A stretch of 46,489 bases of DNA, from the NCBI GenBank assembly GCA_002245135.1, contig NGBS01001180.1, positions 62,001-108,489 on the forward strand, in the 5' to 3' direction. The DNA comes from Proteromonas lacertae (Eukaryota). The position numbers and the translations under genes are program-made. Under the pieces are notes generated by a model. It had not been told where the DNA came from. It did not search any database and saw only the letters and a program-made list of their open reading frames with translations. Shown here one piece after another: positions 24,321 to 35,121 of the stretch (positions are counted from its first letter, which is position 1; each line of letters opens with the position of its first letter).

Positions 24321-25016
24321 ATATATTATGATATATATTATGAAATAAATGAGAATTATATGTATATATATAGTTATAGTAATAAATATATTTAGCTAAT
24401 GTTTTTACTGCTATTTTTTATATAAATCATTGAATTCTAATTATGTATTGCTGAAATAAAACCTTAAAAAACAATAAATTCATACCAACTAATGTAAAAT
24501 CACCTAAAGTAATACATTATCTAAATACACTTATTCACATTTATTCTTACAAACACTCCTTTTGTTTTATCTGTCAATTTCATTTGCCTTCCTATTCTAT
24601 ATTTTTTCTTATCTTCTTCACTTACAAAATATATATTTTGTTTCATAATATGTGAGATAGGTTTGCAACTGAATGTGTTTAATAACTGAATTTTCTATTT
24701 CTATTCCTTCTTTATCATTATTACCTGTTATTTTTATTCTCAACATTTTATTCAATTCATTAGTTGGAAATCCACTTATTATACCATTCTCATTATTTAA
24801 TGTTATATTATAATCTTCTATTAATATAGTGATAATTAAATACTTTAATCATATAATGATGAGGCATTCTTCCAAACTGTATTGCATTCTTGTAAACTTT
24901 TTTAAACTTCTACAACATAAAATGAGAATAATTATTTATTATATTCTGACAAATATGGATGAATTGTTAATCTTTCTTCATTAGTAGAAGTTCCAATAAA
25001 AGCTAACATTTCAGGA

Positions 25017-25244
25017 TCATTTATAAGGATCGTAAATCTCTAATTCATTTGTAGCGTTTCCTTTGTCTACTGCTCTTGTTGGATTAGCCATATGGCTTAA
25101 ATCTAACCTGATCTTCTTATTTGAAGAAGCTCTATCATAAATCATTTTCTTCAACTTTCTTTTTAATGCATTGTGATAGATGGATGGATTGCCAAAGTCC
25201 TCTGACTCTTTTTCTTTATGTTTACGCTTTGTTGGAGCAGTCAT
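25017..25244 (-). CDS. Viral hypothetical basic protein, probably frameshifted near the 3' end
   Basis: ATG-initiated ORF; coding-like sequence continues in another frame to about 24935. Confidence 0.45.
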   Translation of the reverse strand: MTAPTKRKHKEKESEDFGNPSIYHNALKRKLKKMIYDRASSNKKIRLDLSHMANPTRAVDKGNATNELEIYDPYK

Positions 25245-25313
25245 TATTTAAGAAAAAACAAACAAAAAATATCAAAACTAAAAATAGATCCGTTATAATT
25301 GTTATGATGATTA

Positions 25314-25814
25314 TTATTTCTTTGCTATTGCTTTCTCATACATTTCGTTATCTATAACATCCATCCATTGATTAACTTGTTGTATCATAAAAGAATTTGT
25401 ATTTTTTACAGTGTGGAAAGCTGAAAATATTGGTAAATAATAAACTAACTTCTTTCTTCTTGCTATTTTTTGTTCTATTGTTTCTGTTTTGATAGTAGAC
25501 CAATCTACTGAGTTTGTTGGATCTTTTACTGCATAAGCAAAAGAGTAAACAAAATTATAACCATTGTAATTATAATTTTCACCTACTGTCTTTTTCTTTT
25601 TACATAAATCTTTAACTTTTTCATCTTGTTCTTTTTCTTCATCAGTTACTGCTGCATCAACTGAAGGTAAAGCAGGCTCTTCTTCTTCTTCTTCTTCTTC
25701 CATTTTAGCATCATCTTCATTTGGGTCTTCATCACCGAATAATTCATCTAGAGATGGGAAATCATCATTATAATCATCTTTAACAACTTTTTTAGGATCT
25801 ATTTTTTGTTTCAT
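25314..25814 (-). CDS. Viral hypothetical protein, acidic N-terminal half
   Basis: 166-aa ORF in a tandem minus-strand array; poly-E tract. Confidence 0.65.
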   Translation of the reverse strand: MKQKIDPKKVVKDDYNDDFPSLDELFGDEDPNEDDAKMEEEEEEEEPALPSVDAAVTDEEKEQDEKVKDLCKKKKTVGENYNYNGYNFVYSFAYAVKDPTNSVDWSTIKTETIEQKIARRKKLVYYLPIFSAFHTVKNTNSFMIQQVNQWMDVIDNEMYEKAIAKK

Positions 25815-25872
25815 TAAATTACGTCTCAGTGCTTTATTTCTCTACTAAAGATAATATATTAGAATGTTAATA

Positions 25873-26418
25873 TTATACCATTTGCATCTGCATCTTCATT
25901 TGGTTAACAGGATCACTCATAATTTGTGCCATCTTCATTTTTGCTTCAGCTTGTTGTCTTGCCATAGCATTATAATCAGGTCTATTTGAATTAGCATAGA
26001 TAGCAGAACCAAATAAGTGTTGGTCATCAAGTTCTCTATAACTTCTTGCAATTGGATTTGCCATACTATTACCTAATCTAAGAGAACTAGCTAGTTGTTG
26101 ATCTACTGCATTTTGTCTCTCTAATAGTTTTTGTTGAGAAGTAAGATCCATTATTTTTTCATCAAATGCATCTTTATTTTTTGAAATTGCTTTTTGTTCG
26201 TTTAATTTACCTATATATTGTTTTATTTCATCCAATTCAGTGTTTCTAGATCCTATTCTTTTACTTAGAACATCATTGGTAGTGTCATTATAGAATTTGC
26301 TGTAAAGTGATTGATAATACTTGTTATGACCATTAAAACTATGCTTTCTTCTTTTCTTTCTTGATACACTTTTAATCCGCTTCTCTAAGAGCTTTTTTAA
26401 CTGAGTTTTTGTAACCAT
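25873..26418 (-). CDS. Viral hypothetical coiled-coil protein with basic NLS-like patch
   Basis: 181-aa ORF; RKKRRK; heptad-like middle region. Confidence 0.65.
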   Translation of the reverse strand: MVTKTQLKKLLEKRIKSVSRKKRRKHSFNGHNKYYQSLYSKFYNDTTNDVLSKRIGSRNTELDEIKQYIGKLNEQKAISKNKDAFDEKIMDLTSQQKLLERQNAVDQQLASSLRLGNSMANPIARSYRELDDQHLFGSAIYANSNRPDYNAMARQQAEAKMKMAQIMSDPVNQMKMQMQMV

Positions 26419-26463
26419 TATAAAACAAACAATATATGAAGTGTATAGTTATTATGATAATTA

Positions 26464-27054
26464 TTACTTAACATAAATAGGCTCGATAGGCTCGCCTTGT
26501 ATTGGTCTTCCCATAATATCATTACTTAATGGCTTTGATTCATCTTCTTCTGGCTCATCTTCTTTACTAGTATCTTTTGGTTTACGTTCTTTCTTTATTG
26601 GATTAGATCCTTTCTCTAATTTCTTCATTAGTCTAGCATTCTTATCTCTTTCTTCTTTTAAAGCAATCTGTAATTCTGCTTTAGTCATTCTGCTTGGTGG
26701 TGGTAATGTATCCCCACTATCTTTAGATCTCCGTTTACCTTTACCTTTTACTGGTTCATCTAAAGCATCTTTGTCTTTCTTTGATCTTCTTTTTGTAGTA
26801 GGTGATCTTGAACGATGTCTCTTACGTTTGCTATGTTTTCTATCACTATCATCGTCATCTTCACTTGTAAGCATCTTATATACTTTCTTTGGTGAACTCT
26901 TCATTAAGAACTGTTTAATCATCTCTTCGCTTGGTTCACTAGGATCGATTCTTGAAGTTGATTTCATTTCAGGAAGTTTGTCTTCTAACTCACTCTCAGT
27001 TGATGTGACTGAACTTGTATCACTGGAATAATCATTAGATTCTGATTCACTCAT
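26464..27054 (-). CDS. Viral hypothetical low-complexity Ser/Lys/Arg/acidic protein
   Basis: Probable ATG at MSESES; RKRHRSRSP basic tract. Confidence 0.65.
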   Translation of the reverse strand: MSESESNDYSSDTSSVTSTESELEDKLPEMKSTSRIDPSEPSEEMIKQFLMKSSPKKVYKMLTSEDDDDSDRKHSKRKRHRSRSPTTKRRSKKDKDALDEPVKGKGKRRSKDSGDTLPPPSRMTKAELQIALKEERDKNARLMKKLEKGSNPIKKERKPKDTSKEDEPEEDESKPLSNDIMGRPIQGEPIEPIYVK

Positions 27055-27131
27055 TAGATTCCGCCAAAAACACAAAATTTAATAATAATAATAATAATAT
27101 TTATGTAATTATGTCATTTTGTTAAGGTAAA

Positions 27132-27446
27132 TTACATACGTGCAACTTTTGTTTTTAAGTATGCATTTAGTAACGCTTGTTGATTACTACCGCCTCCATT
27201 AAATGGCATTCTAGCTCCTCCTCTTCTTCCATGTCTTCTTCTACGTCTACCGAATCCCACCTTTTCTAATGCATCTGCGATATTATCTTTACCAAACTCT
27301 CTTGCGATCTTTGAACCTATCTTGTGTTCTCTAGACCAATCGTATGCTTTCTTTCCCCAATTTTTAGCTTTTCCCCACAATGATTTTAACGAACCACCTT
27401 GGTGTCTTCTTCGATGTCTTCTATGTCTTCTACCACCTAAAACCAT
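27132..27446 (-). CDS. Arg/His-rich virion core-like protein with GG/GxG motifs and an amphipathic helix
   Basis: MVLGG-RRHRRHRRRH-QGG-SLKSLWGKAKNWGKKAYDW...VGFG-RRRRRHGRRGG. Confidence 0.7.
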   Translation of the reverse strand: MVLGGRRHRRHRRRHQGGSLKSLWGKAKNWGKKAYDWSREHKIGSKIAREFGKDNIADALEKVGFGRRRRRHGRRGGARMPFNGGGSNQQALLNAYLKTKVARM

Positions 27447-27505
27447 TATGATAATATATTAAAAACCAATAAACAACAAAGAATAAAAAACAAAAAATTA
27501 AAGTA

Positions 27506-27916
27506 CTAAAGTACTCTTATCTTATTATCAGGATAACGATTAAGTGCATTATTACCACTATGACTGCTTTTTCTATGACGACGTCTTCCTGAACCTTTAG
27601 GTTTATACAACATACCTTTTACACCTTTTTGAAAATGTCTATTTTCGTTCCATCTCCTGAATCCTTCAACTCCTGATATTTTCTTTTCAGGTACTGAGAA
27701 AGGATTTACCATTCCGCCTCTTCTACTCTTTCTATGTCTTCTACGACCATAACCTAATAACTTGGCAATACCGCCAGTAAGTTTACCAGCCCATCCTGGA
27801 ATCATACTTAAACCAGTTGATATTGCTTTAGTTTCTTTAAGTCCTTTATTTAAATCTCCCCAGAAACCTTTTCCTACAACACACTTGCGATATTTCTTTT
27901 TACTTTTCTTAGGCAT
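27506..27916 (-). CDS. Second basic core-like / membrane-lytic-like protein
   Basis: GKG-FWGDLNKGLKETKAISTGLSMIPGWAGKLTGGIAKLLGYG-RRRHRKSRRGG...GSG-RRRHRK. Confidence 0.7.
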   Translation of the reverse strand: MPKKSKKKYRKCVVGKGFWGDLNKGLKETKAISTGLSMIPGWAGKLTGGIAKLLGYGRRRHRKSRRGGMVNPFSVPEKKISGVEGFRRWNENRHFQKGVKGMLYKPKGSGRRRHRKSSHSGNNALNRYPDNKIRVL

Positions 27917-27983
27917 AATAATATTACAAATAATTACTATATTGACATTATTGACATTACATTGACCATAAAATAAAAAAATT

Positions 27984-28382
27984 ATGTCAGACGGACCTAT
28001 TCCTCAAAGAACTTTTTCAGGTGGTATAACTACACAGTTAGATGCTCAACATCCTATATATAAACAGCAGCCTTCTCAGACAGAACAAGAGACCCAAGCT
28101 GATCAAGAATTATATTCTACATTGAATAAGTTACCGCCAGAAGCTAAATTTATGCTAAACAGTATCAATGGTTTTTCATTCCAAGAAGCAATCAATGAAA
28201 TAGTTAGAATTGTAAATCAAGTAGCAAATGAACCAGATCCACAACCAGTTCAGCAACCTCAAGTAGTTCAGCAACCACCACCACCACCACCACCTCCTAC
28301 ACCTCAAACAGATAACAATAATAATGCTAAACCTGCTTATAATCCATATGCTTATAATAACATTGGTCTTATGAATGCTTAA
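27984..28382 (+). CDS. Viral hypothetical Pro/Gln-rich protein
   Basis: 132-aa ATG ORF divergent from 27916. Confidence 0.65.
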   Translation: MSDGPIPQRTFSGGITTQLDAQHPIYKQQPSQTEQETQADQELYSTLNKLPPEAKFMLNSINGFSFQEAINEIVRIVNQVANEPDPQPVQQPQVVQQPPPPPPPPTPQTDNNNNAKPAYNPYAYNNIGLMNA

Positions 28383-28434
28383 CATAATTATTAAAAATAT
28401 ATTCGTTTTATTATTTTAAATTTTGTTTTGTGCT

Positions 28435-28956
28435 ATGAGCAACTCAAAAACAATTCACATTCTTCAGATTATAGACGATGATGTTAGCGATGCTGAGAAG
28501 GAGCAAAAAGAGGAGCAAAAACGAGATGATAAAGAAAGATCTGCCAAAAAGAGAAAGAGAGAGTTAGAAGACGTCTACAATTATTTATATGGAGAAGCAG
28601 AGTGTACAGATAGTGAGGATGAGGAAGAAGATGATGCTAATGCTTCTGATGCCGATAGTGAAGGAAACTTGAAAGGCTTTATTGTAGATAGTGATGATGA
28701 CGATGAGGACTACACTATGGAAGAAGACGAAACAGATTTAAGTGATTGGGAAAATGACGAAGACTTAGAAGACATTTTGAATCAGAATGCTAGCTCAGAG
28801 ATATGTACAACTAAAAGAAAGATTATGACTGCTATATCAGATTCATTAGACAGTTTAAACCCTAAAAAAAGAAAGCATTTAATCAAGCCTAACAAACAAA
28901 CCAACGGAAGCAATTCCTTTGATAATCAAGAGGAAGAAGTGTTAAGTGATTCTTGA
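28435..28956 (+). CDS. Viral highly acidic protein
   Basis: D/E-rich with DADSEGNLKGFIVDSDDD and NLS-like KKRKR; ATG at 28435. Confidence 0.7.
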   Translation: MSNSKTIHILQIIDDDVSDAEKEQKEEQKRDDKERSAKKRKRELEDVYNYLYGEAECTDSEDEEEDDANASDADSEGNLKGFIVDSDDDDEDYTMEEDETDLSDWENDEDLEDILNQNASSEICTTKRKIMTAISDSLDSLNPKKRKHLIKPNKQTNGSNSFDNQEEEVLSDS

Positions 28957-28997
28957 ACTAATTAATTAATTCTTTTTTTATTTTTTACTTATTGTTT

Positions 28998-29555
28998 ATG
29001 AGTAATATACCCATAAAAACGGAATCTATACCATTACCTTTACCTCCACCTCCTGCACCTCCAGCTAGATCACCAATACTTATAATTAGAGACGATCCAG
29101 AAAATAAAAGACCTGCTCCTTCAAATGAAGATCCTATAGATGTTTTAGAAAGTCATGCAGAGAGTAGATTACCAATATGTATTGAAGGTCCAAGAGTAAT
29201 TGCTAGTATTGAAGAAATACAATATACATTGGAATTATTTAAGTTATCTTTATCGAAATTCAAACCAAGTCTTAGAACATTGAATAGTTTAACAGCAAAT
29301 CAAGTAGATTCATTATGTAATGAAATAGATTTAATTATAGATCTTACAGAAAATCAATCAGTTCATTATAGTACAATAGTAGGTGCAATAAGAAGATTAC
29401 TCATTATGTACAATCAGTATTTTAGAGATAACTGGCACTTGGAAGCTAATCAGAAATTGTATTTCAAAGTTTACTTATTTACCCAATTTGAAAAAACATG
29501 TTTCAATTTCTATAGTTCTTTAGTTAATATAGTATATGTAAATGCTTTTAATTAA
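28998..29555 (+). CDS. Viral hypothetical protein with Pro-rich N-terminus
   Basis: About 185-aa ORF; stop abuts the convergent gene at 29556. Confidence 0.65.
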   Translation: MSNIPIKTESIPLPLPPPPAPPARSPILIIRDDPENKRPAPSNEDPIDVLESHAESRLPICIEGPRVIASIEEIQYTLELFKLSLSKFKPSLRTLNSLTANQVDSLCNEIDLIIDLTENQSVHYSTIVGAIRRLLIMYNQYFRDNWHLEANQKLYFKVYLFTQFEKTCFNFYSSLVNIVYVNAFN

Positions 29556-29968
29556 TTATTTGGTTTCTTTGATTTTTGTGTAAAGATCTAATTCTTCCAA
29601 CAACACTTTGATAACTGAACCATACTCGTTAATATGATACTTAGGAGGAGGCATCTGTAAGTTTACAGCATATTGTTTAACCAATTTTACAAACCAATCG
29701 AATAGATTCTGAGCTTCAACTACTATTGTGTCTGGAACTGGCTTTCTCATCTTATTAGCATACTTATTAATATGTCCTAACAATAATTGAGATACACTAT
29801 TAAATTTGGTAATGTCTTCATTCTTACATGTGATATAGTTTTGAGCTGCAGTCTTAATTAAACCTAGGATAGTTTCAATAAATGCTCTAAGCACATTGAT
29901 CTCTTTAACAAATAAATATACTGGTTTTTAGCTCTCTGCTCTATTACAAATATACTATCTGAATCCAT
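29556..29968 (-). CDS. Viral hypothetical helical protein; ATG at about 29968 is out of frame with the main ORF in both copies
   Basis: 112-aa ORF; two differences between copies are synonymous. Confidence 0.55.
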
Positions 29969-30119
29969 TTATGTTGAAGAAGGGGGGGTATGAAAATATT
30001 CTATTAAAAAACCGCTAATTAGCATATTCGCGCTTCGAGCTTCAAACCATAAAATGCATGAAACGGATATAAAATCTTAATTCTAACATTTTATTGGATA
30101 TCTAATAATCATAATAATC

Positions 30120-30640
30120 ATGTCATCAAAAATAGAAAACGGAGTCAATTTCATCACTTTCAATCCTTCAGATAACATGTACGTCAAGTTTAGAGGGTAT
30201 ATGCTTAGAGCAGAATTAGCTAAGTCTGGCAAATGTCATTACATTACTTTCACTCCTGCTAGATATTTACTATTTAATCGTCAGCCGATTATGGATTTCA
30301 ATGCTAAAGTAAAGGAGACTATAAAAAATGTTTGTGTCGAATCAACAATTAAATTTACAGAATATATTAAAATGAAGAATTCCTATCAGCAATTTGGATT
30401 AAATTTAGTAATTCCATTAGATAATGATAACAATCAACTGAAATGTACTGCATGGAACAACATTATCAGTGATCCAACTTCTCACTTATTGAAGTATTGT
30501 GATTTCGAAGTAAGAATTAGACAGTGTATGGTTTTATCATCAATGCAGAACAATACTCCGTATTATACTGTTTTACCTAAATTTGAAATATATTCAAGTT
30601 TTGCACCAGTTGAAGATATTCCAGTACCATCTACAGATGT

Positions 30641-30695
<55 letters not shown>

Positions 30696-30821
30696 CCAGT
30701 AGTTAATCAATCAGTCACAATGGCATTTCAACCACCAACAATACCATACACTAACAATAGTACTGGTTATAATCCATTTGTTTCAAGTTCTCAAGTTGCT
30801 CAACAACAACCACCCAAGTAA
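30120..30821 (+). CDS. Viral protein with beta-rich N-terminal domain and poly-Q tail (possible ssDNA-binding protein)
   Basis: 233-aa ORF; (CAA)18 at 30642-30695; function is a guess. Confidence 0.6.
30642..30695 (+). repeat. (CAA)18 microsatellite; (TTG)27 at 44246-44326 in the inverted copy
   Basis: Counted directly from the sequence. Confidence 0.95.
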
Positions 30822-30856
30822 ACAACAAAATGAAACAATGAAGATTAATTAAAAAA

Positions 30857-31723
30857 TTACATTATATCCCATTTAGTTATTTTGTTTTTAAATGGTAGTA
30901 TTATTGATTGAGGCACTAACATACAACTATAATCAAAGGTAGTAGGAAACTTATTTTCTTCAGTGCATAAACTAAGACAATCTTGAGCTCCCCAATTAAT
31001 TAACTCTAGTGTTTGATACTTACCTCTATTCGTTTGAAATACTAAATCTACAGTAAATTTTTCATTATCTTTATCTGGGTTGGGATCTTTACTTATATCT
31101 AAATGAGGAATTAAGTTATTGATAAATCTTGACATTTCACCATTATCACATTTTGTTGTTAGATCAAAATGTAAAATTGTGCTACTATTTTCCTTAAATT
31201 TGTAATAATTTAATATATCTATTTTCAAGTATTGTTCATAAACTTCAAATCTTGCATAAATATATTTCTGTAATGAAGTTAAATCACCATTTAAATACAT
31301 GTATAATCTATCATCTACTCTCTTTAACAGTCTATTATTTTCATCTCCTTTATGTGCATCATACAATTTCTGTGTAAAATTCCATACAGAGTCATTGAGA
31401 GTATATGGATCACCTAAATATGTTGCTATATCACTAATTCCACCAGCTGTTGGATCGTTTGATATTTTTTCATCGATAGTTCTTAACAAATCATGCATGC
31501 TAGCTTCATATTGATCTAATTTCGTTTTACCAATAACATCAACAACACTCTTAACTGACTCTGCATTATTGTTAGTTGTTACATCAATTTCTTTCAACAT
31601 TTCTCTAATTGTTTTATCATCATCAGCTTTCTTACCTAAATTGTTTGTTATCGTTGTAATAGACTTAGTTATAGCACCTGTATCTATTGAAACAGCTTGT
31701 TTTTTTAGTGGACCACCAAACAT
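30857..31723 (-). CDS. Viral hypothetical protein downstream of the ATPase (candidate fibre/minor virion protein)
   Basis: Probable start MFGGP at 31723; helical repeat-like N-half and globular C-half. Confidence 0.6.
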   Translation of the reverse strand: MFGGPLKKQAVSIDTGAITKSITTITNNLGKKADDDKTIREMLKEIDVTTNNNAESVKSVVDVIGKTKLDQYEASMHDLLRTIDEKISNDPTAGGISDIATYLGDPYTLNDSVWNFTQKLYDAHKGDENNRLLKRVDDRLYMYLNGDLTSLQKYIYARFEVYEQYLKIDILNYYKFKENSSTILHFDLTTKCDNGEMSRFINNLIPHLDISKDPNPDKDNEKFTVDLVFQTNRGKYQTLELINWGAQDCLSLCTEENKFPTTFDYSCMLVPQSIILPFKNKITKWDIM

Positions 31724-31772
31724 AAAATATAATAAAAGAATGATAAAAATTAAGTTACTAGCATTATGAGGA

Positions 31773-32618
31773 TTATTCTGAATCATCATCAGTATCGGAC
31801 GAATCAGAGGAAGAAGAGGAGGAACTAATGCTGGTATTTTCATTATCACTTTTATAACCATTACTATCGTTTTTAATTTTCATATTAAAGTTTACACGAA
31901 ATTCATGATTGCACAAATCGATGTAGAGGAATGAATGATTACTGTAATTGGTTGCATACTTGTAATATTCTCTAAATTTACTGAAATCTACCCACAAATC
32001 TAAATTATTATGAACACTGTGTAGATTAGCTAAACTTAGATTTCTAAATACTAAGCAATAATCTAATTGTAGACGAACAGATGGTGTTAAATCTGTAACA
32101 TATTGACTTGATATAATTACTTTTGACTTGTAATGACGGTTTGATTTGAGTAGTTTTGAAACGGTCTTATTTGATAAATCGAATGATATATCATCGAATA
32201 TAAAAATATTTTCTGGGTAATTGTAGTTTTCTTTATCTATTTCTTTGATATTTTCTAATACTGCTTCTAATACATTCACTTTATCTTCATTTACTATAGA
32301 ATAGTAACAATGGTACTCTATTAAATTGAACTTCAACATATCAGTGATCTTTTCATAAATAATATCCTTTGAAATTGTTCCTACAAAGAAATATACAGTT
32401 TGATCATAATTCTTCTTTAGCAAGTGTTGTATCATGTTAAATATAAGCGTTGTCTTTCCACTGTTCTTCTTAGCTAATATAAATATGTTGCAGAAAGGCT
32501 CTTCAAAATAATCATAGCCTAAAACAGTATCTCTTGATCTCTATTTAGTACCTTTAACTGCTGATTCTACTGGCGTTATGACAACGTCATTACATTTCTC
32601 TAGTTTTATTTTACTCAT
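31773..32618 (-). CDS. A32/FtsK-HerA-like genome packaging ATPase, in-frame TAG at codon 26
   Basis: Walker A FILAKKNSGKTT lies upstream of the listed ORF in the same frame; Walker B FIFDD; NRHYK, ISSQY, PSVRLQ; TAG at 32541-32543. Confidence 0.9.
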
Positions 32619-32682
32619 TTAAAGAAAAAATAAAAAAACAATTATATAAGGAATATAGTCATTATGTTGGTTATTAGTTAGT

Positions 32683-34125
32683 TTAAATAACACTTACAAT
32701 TCCACTTCCATTAATTGTACACATTCTTCCTGTAACTATATAGAAACGATGAGTGATATTAAAGTTAGTGAAATCATTTGTACCAGGAGTAGACAACTCA
32801 AAAGTAATCTTTAAGTCACTAGCTAATGGTCTTCCTGATTGATTCTTGATATTATCCAAGTCTTTAGATCCAAAATTCAAAATTTCAAAGAACTTCTTTT
32901 CAAAAGGAATATGTCTTTTGAATATATCAAACCATGAATCTTTGAAATAATCTTGTACAGTCATGTAACAATCATAATACTGCATTAATGAATAGTCTGG
33001 TTGATACACGAAATCGTTAATCATCCATCTGAATTGTGCATTTTCAGGAATTACTGCATATCTATTTTCTGCTGTTTGACCTCCACCTGTTTGAGTTCCT
33101 TCGATCCATGGTCTATAGATAATGTAACGTAAGAATGGTCCATTTGAACTGTTCAATGTAAAGGAATAGTTGAATTGTCCAGATCCACCTTGATTTACTG
33201 TTAATGTATGACACTTTACATCATTGAACTGGATTGGTTTAGATAAACAGTAACTTCTTGTATTGTTATTACATTGAGTATCCTTATTCAAATAAGCATA
33301 GAAATAAAAGTTCTTGAATTTAATTGAATCTGGTTTTATTCCATCTGCAGGCCAGTTTAATGCTGTTTCATTACCTTTATCATTATTAAAACCCATAATT
33401 TGTCCAAATTTAGGAGTTTGTTGGAAATTGAAACATAAATACATTCTTTCACCAAAGAATACATCACTTTTCATTGATAGAAATGTATTGTAAAATTTAT
33501 CTAAAAACATCTTTACACGAATAGTTTTAGACTTTTTGTACTGTTGATATTTATCTGTTAGTGTTGTAATTTGTTTATTTCCATCTTTATCCATTTCCCA
33601 TTCATTCTCATCAAGAACTAAATGATCATGGTATTCATTATTCCATTTTAATTGAATTCCATCATAATAATTTGATTGATAAAAAATGTCAGATCTTTTT
33701 CTCACTAATTCATCCATAAACACTCTATAGTGTTCATAATTGTCATCAAGCTTGACTAGATCTGTTCCTGTATTATTACATAAACGAAATGCTGCTAATC
33801 CAAATCCTTCTTTCATTCCTTTTATATATTTTGGATATAAAGTATTATCACCTGCTACATTACCACTACCATCAATTTTTTGAAATGCTCCAATTTTAGA
33901 AAGTGGAGTAGTTTCAATTTCGATATCATATTGAATGTAAGACTTTGCAAGGTTTATAATGTTCTCACCACTTAATTCGAACCTTATTTCATCTGAATAA
34001 GTGTTATTTTTAAGTTGATAGAATGATTTTGTTTCCATTGGTGTCAACTTGACATACTGATAAAAGGCCATCATTGCTGGAACGTCTACACCGTGTTTTT
34101 GCTCTTTTGGGATAGTTAGAGACAT
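32683..34125 (-). CDS. Major capsid protein, Polinton-like (double jelly-roll inferred)
   Basis: About 480 aa, beta-rich, EIRFELSGENIINLAKSYIQYDI near the N-terminus and CTINGSGIVSVI C-terminus; lies between penton and ATPase. Confidence 0.8.
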   Translation of the reverse strand: MSLTIPKEQKHGVDVPAMMAFYQYVKLTPMETKSFYQLKNNTYSDEIRFELSGENIINLAKSYIQYDIEIETTPLSKIGAFQKIDGSGNVAGDNTLYPKYIKGMKEGFGLAAFRLCNNTGTDLVKLDDNYEHYRVFMDELVRKRSDIFYQSNYYDGIQLKWNNEYHDHLVLDENEWEMDKDGNKQITTLTDKYQQYKKSKTIRVKMFLDKFYNTFLSMKSDVFFGERMYLCFNFQQTPKFGQIMGFNNDKGNETALNWPADGIKPDSIKFKNFYFYAYLNKDTQCNNNTRSYCLSKPIQFNDVKCHTLTVNQGGSGQFNYSFTLNSSNGPFLRYIIYRPWIEGTQTGGGQTAENRYAVIPENAQFRWMINDFVYQPDYSLMQYYDCYMTVQDYFKDSWFDIFKRHIPFEKKFFEILNFGSKDLDNIKNQSGRPLASDLKITFELSTPGTNDFTNFNITHRFYIVTGRMCTINGSGIVSVI

Positions 34126-34155
34126 CAGAAACACAAAATAAAAATAAAATAAAAA

Positions 34156-35121
34156 TTAGACTTTAAAGACAACAATGTCTAAATTAAACTCGATATTATC
34201 AAGATTGAGTTCATAACCATTTTGTTGAGTAATCTGAATTGTAATGTGACAATTGGTATAAGTATTATTGAACATTTTGCTAGTATTAAGAATGTCATTG
34301 TTCTGGTATGTAATGAATGGTAACTCAGGGTTTGCTATTGGTATATTTTCTAACACATTTGAATCTTGAATGATGTTTACAATATCTAAACGAATGGATA
34401 TCGCACTAACCCATATAAGAGATGGACGATATGGTTATTGAGTAAATGGGAAATCTACTGAAAATGCAGTTAATGCTCTTTCTGTTCCTTGAGGTCCTGG
34501 AACAAATTTATCATAACATAACCAATAGTTATTATTTGGAATACCTAATATCTTGTAGGCTAAATCTTTTGTTACTATTTCTATTTTTGAAATCCAAAAA
34601 ATAGGTTTTGTTAAACTATATAATGCATTCATTTTACTTGCAATTTTTAAATGTCTGGTATGTTCATCATCTTTATCATCTAGCTTAAATAAATCACCAT
34701 TACCTTCTATTACAGGTGTATATAGTATATCCTTAACTATAAACAAATCATCATCAGGAATTTCAAAATCTATATATTTTATAGAACGTATTCCATCATT
34801 GATTAACTTAATAATCTGATTCTCATCATAAAAACCTTCAGGAATTTGTACTGATGCACATACTGTGGGTTTTTCTGGCGCTGCGCCATCTTCTTCATCA
34901 TAATCACATGTAAATAAGAACTGAAACGTATCGTTTGTCTCTGCTTGTATAGTAGGGAAAGAATTAGGGACAACTGCGTGTAATAACGACACATGAGTAT
35001 AATCTTGATCAAATGATGGTAAGGCTAAGTTCTTTTTGTATCTATTCCCTACTCCAAATGTACCTGTAGTCATTACCATATCAGAATTTAAATAGTATAC
35101 ACGGTGATTAGAGACTAACAT
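34156..35121 (-). CDS. Minor capsid (penton) protein, in-frame TAA at 34435-34437
   Basis: YYLNSD...VSLLHAVVPNSFPTI...IPEGFY...ILG and C-terminal ITQQNGYELNLDNIEFNLDIV; the 228- and 66-aa ORFs share one frame. Confidence 0.8.

Noticed and set aside
24905..24920. ACAACA at 24912-24917 as the right end of the Ginger-like unit
   Set aside because: Only 6 bp match the 20757 end, and no TSD is present
26771..31769. Antisense ORFs (26771, 27762, 28176, 31299, 31569; similarly 3742, 17116, 23040, 25121, 35464, 43171, 43427)
   Set aside because: Shadows of better-supported genes on the opposite strand
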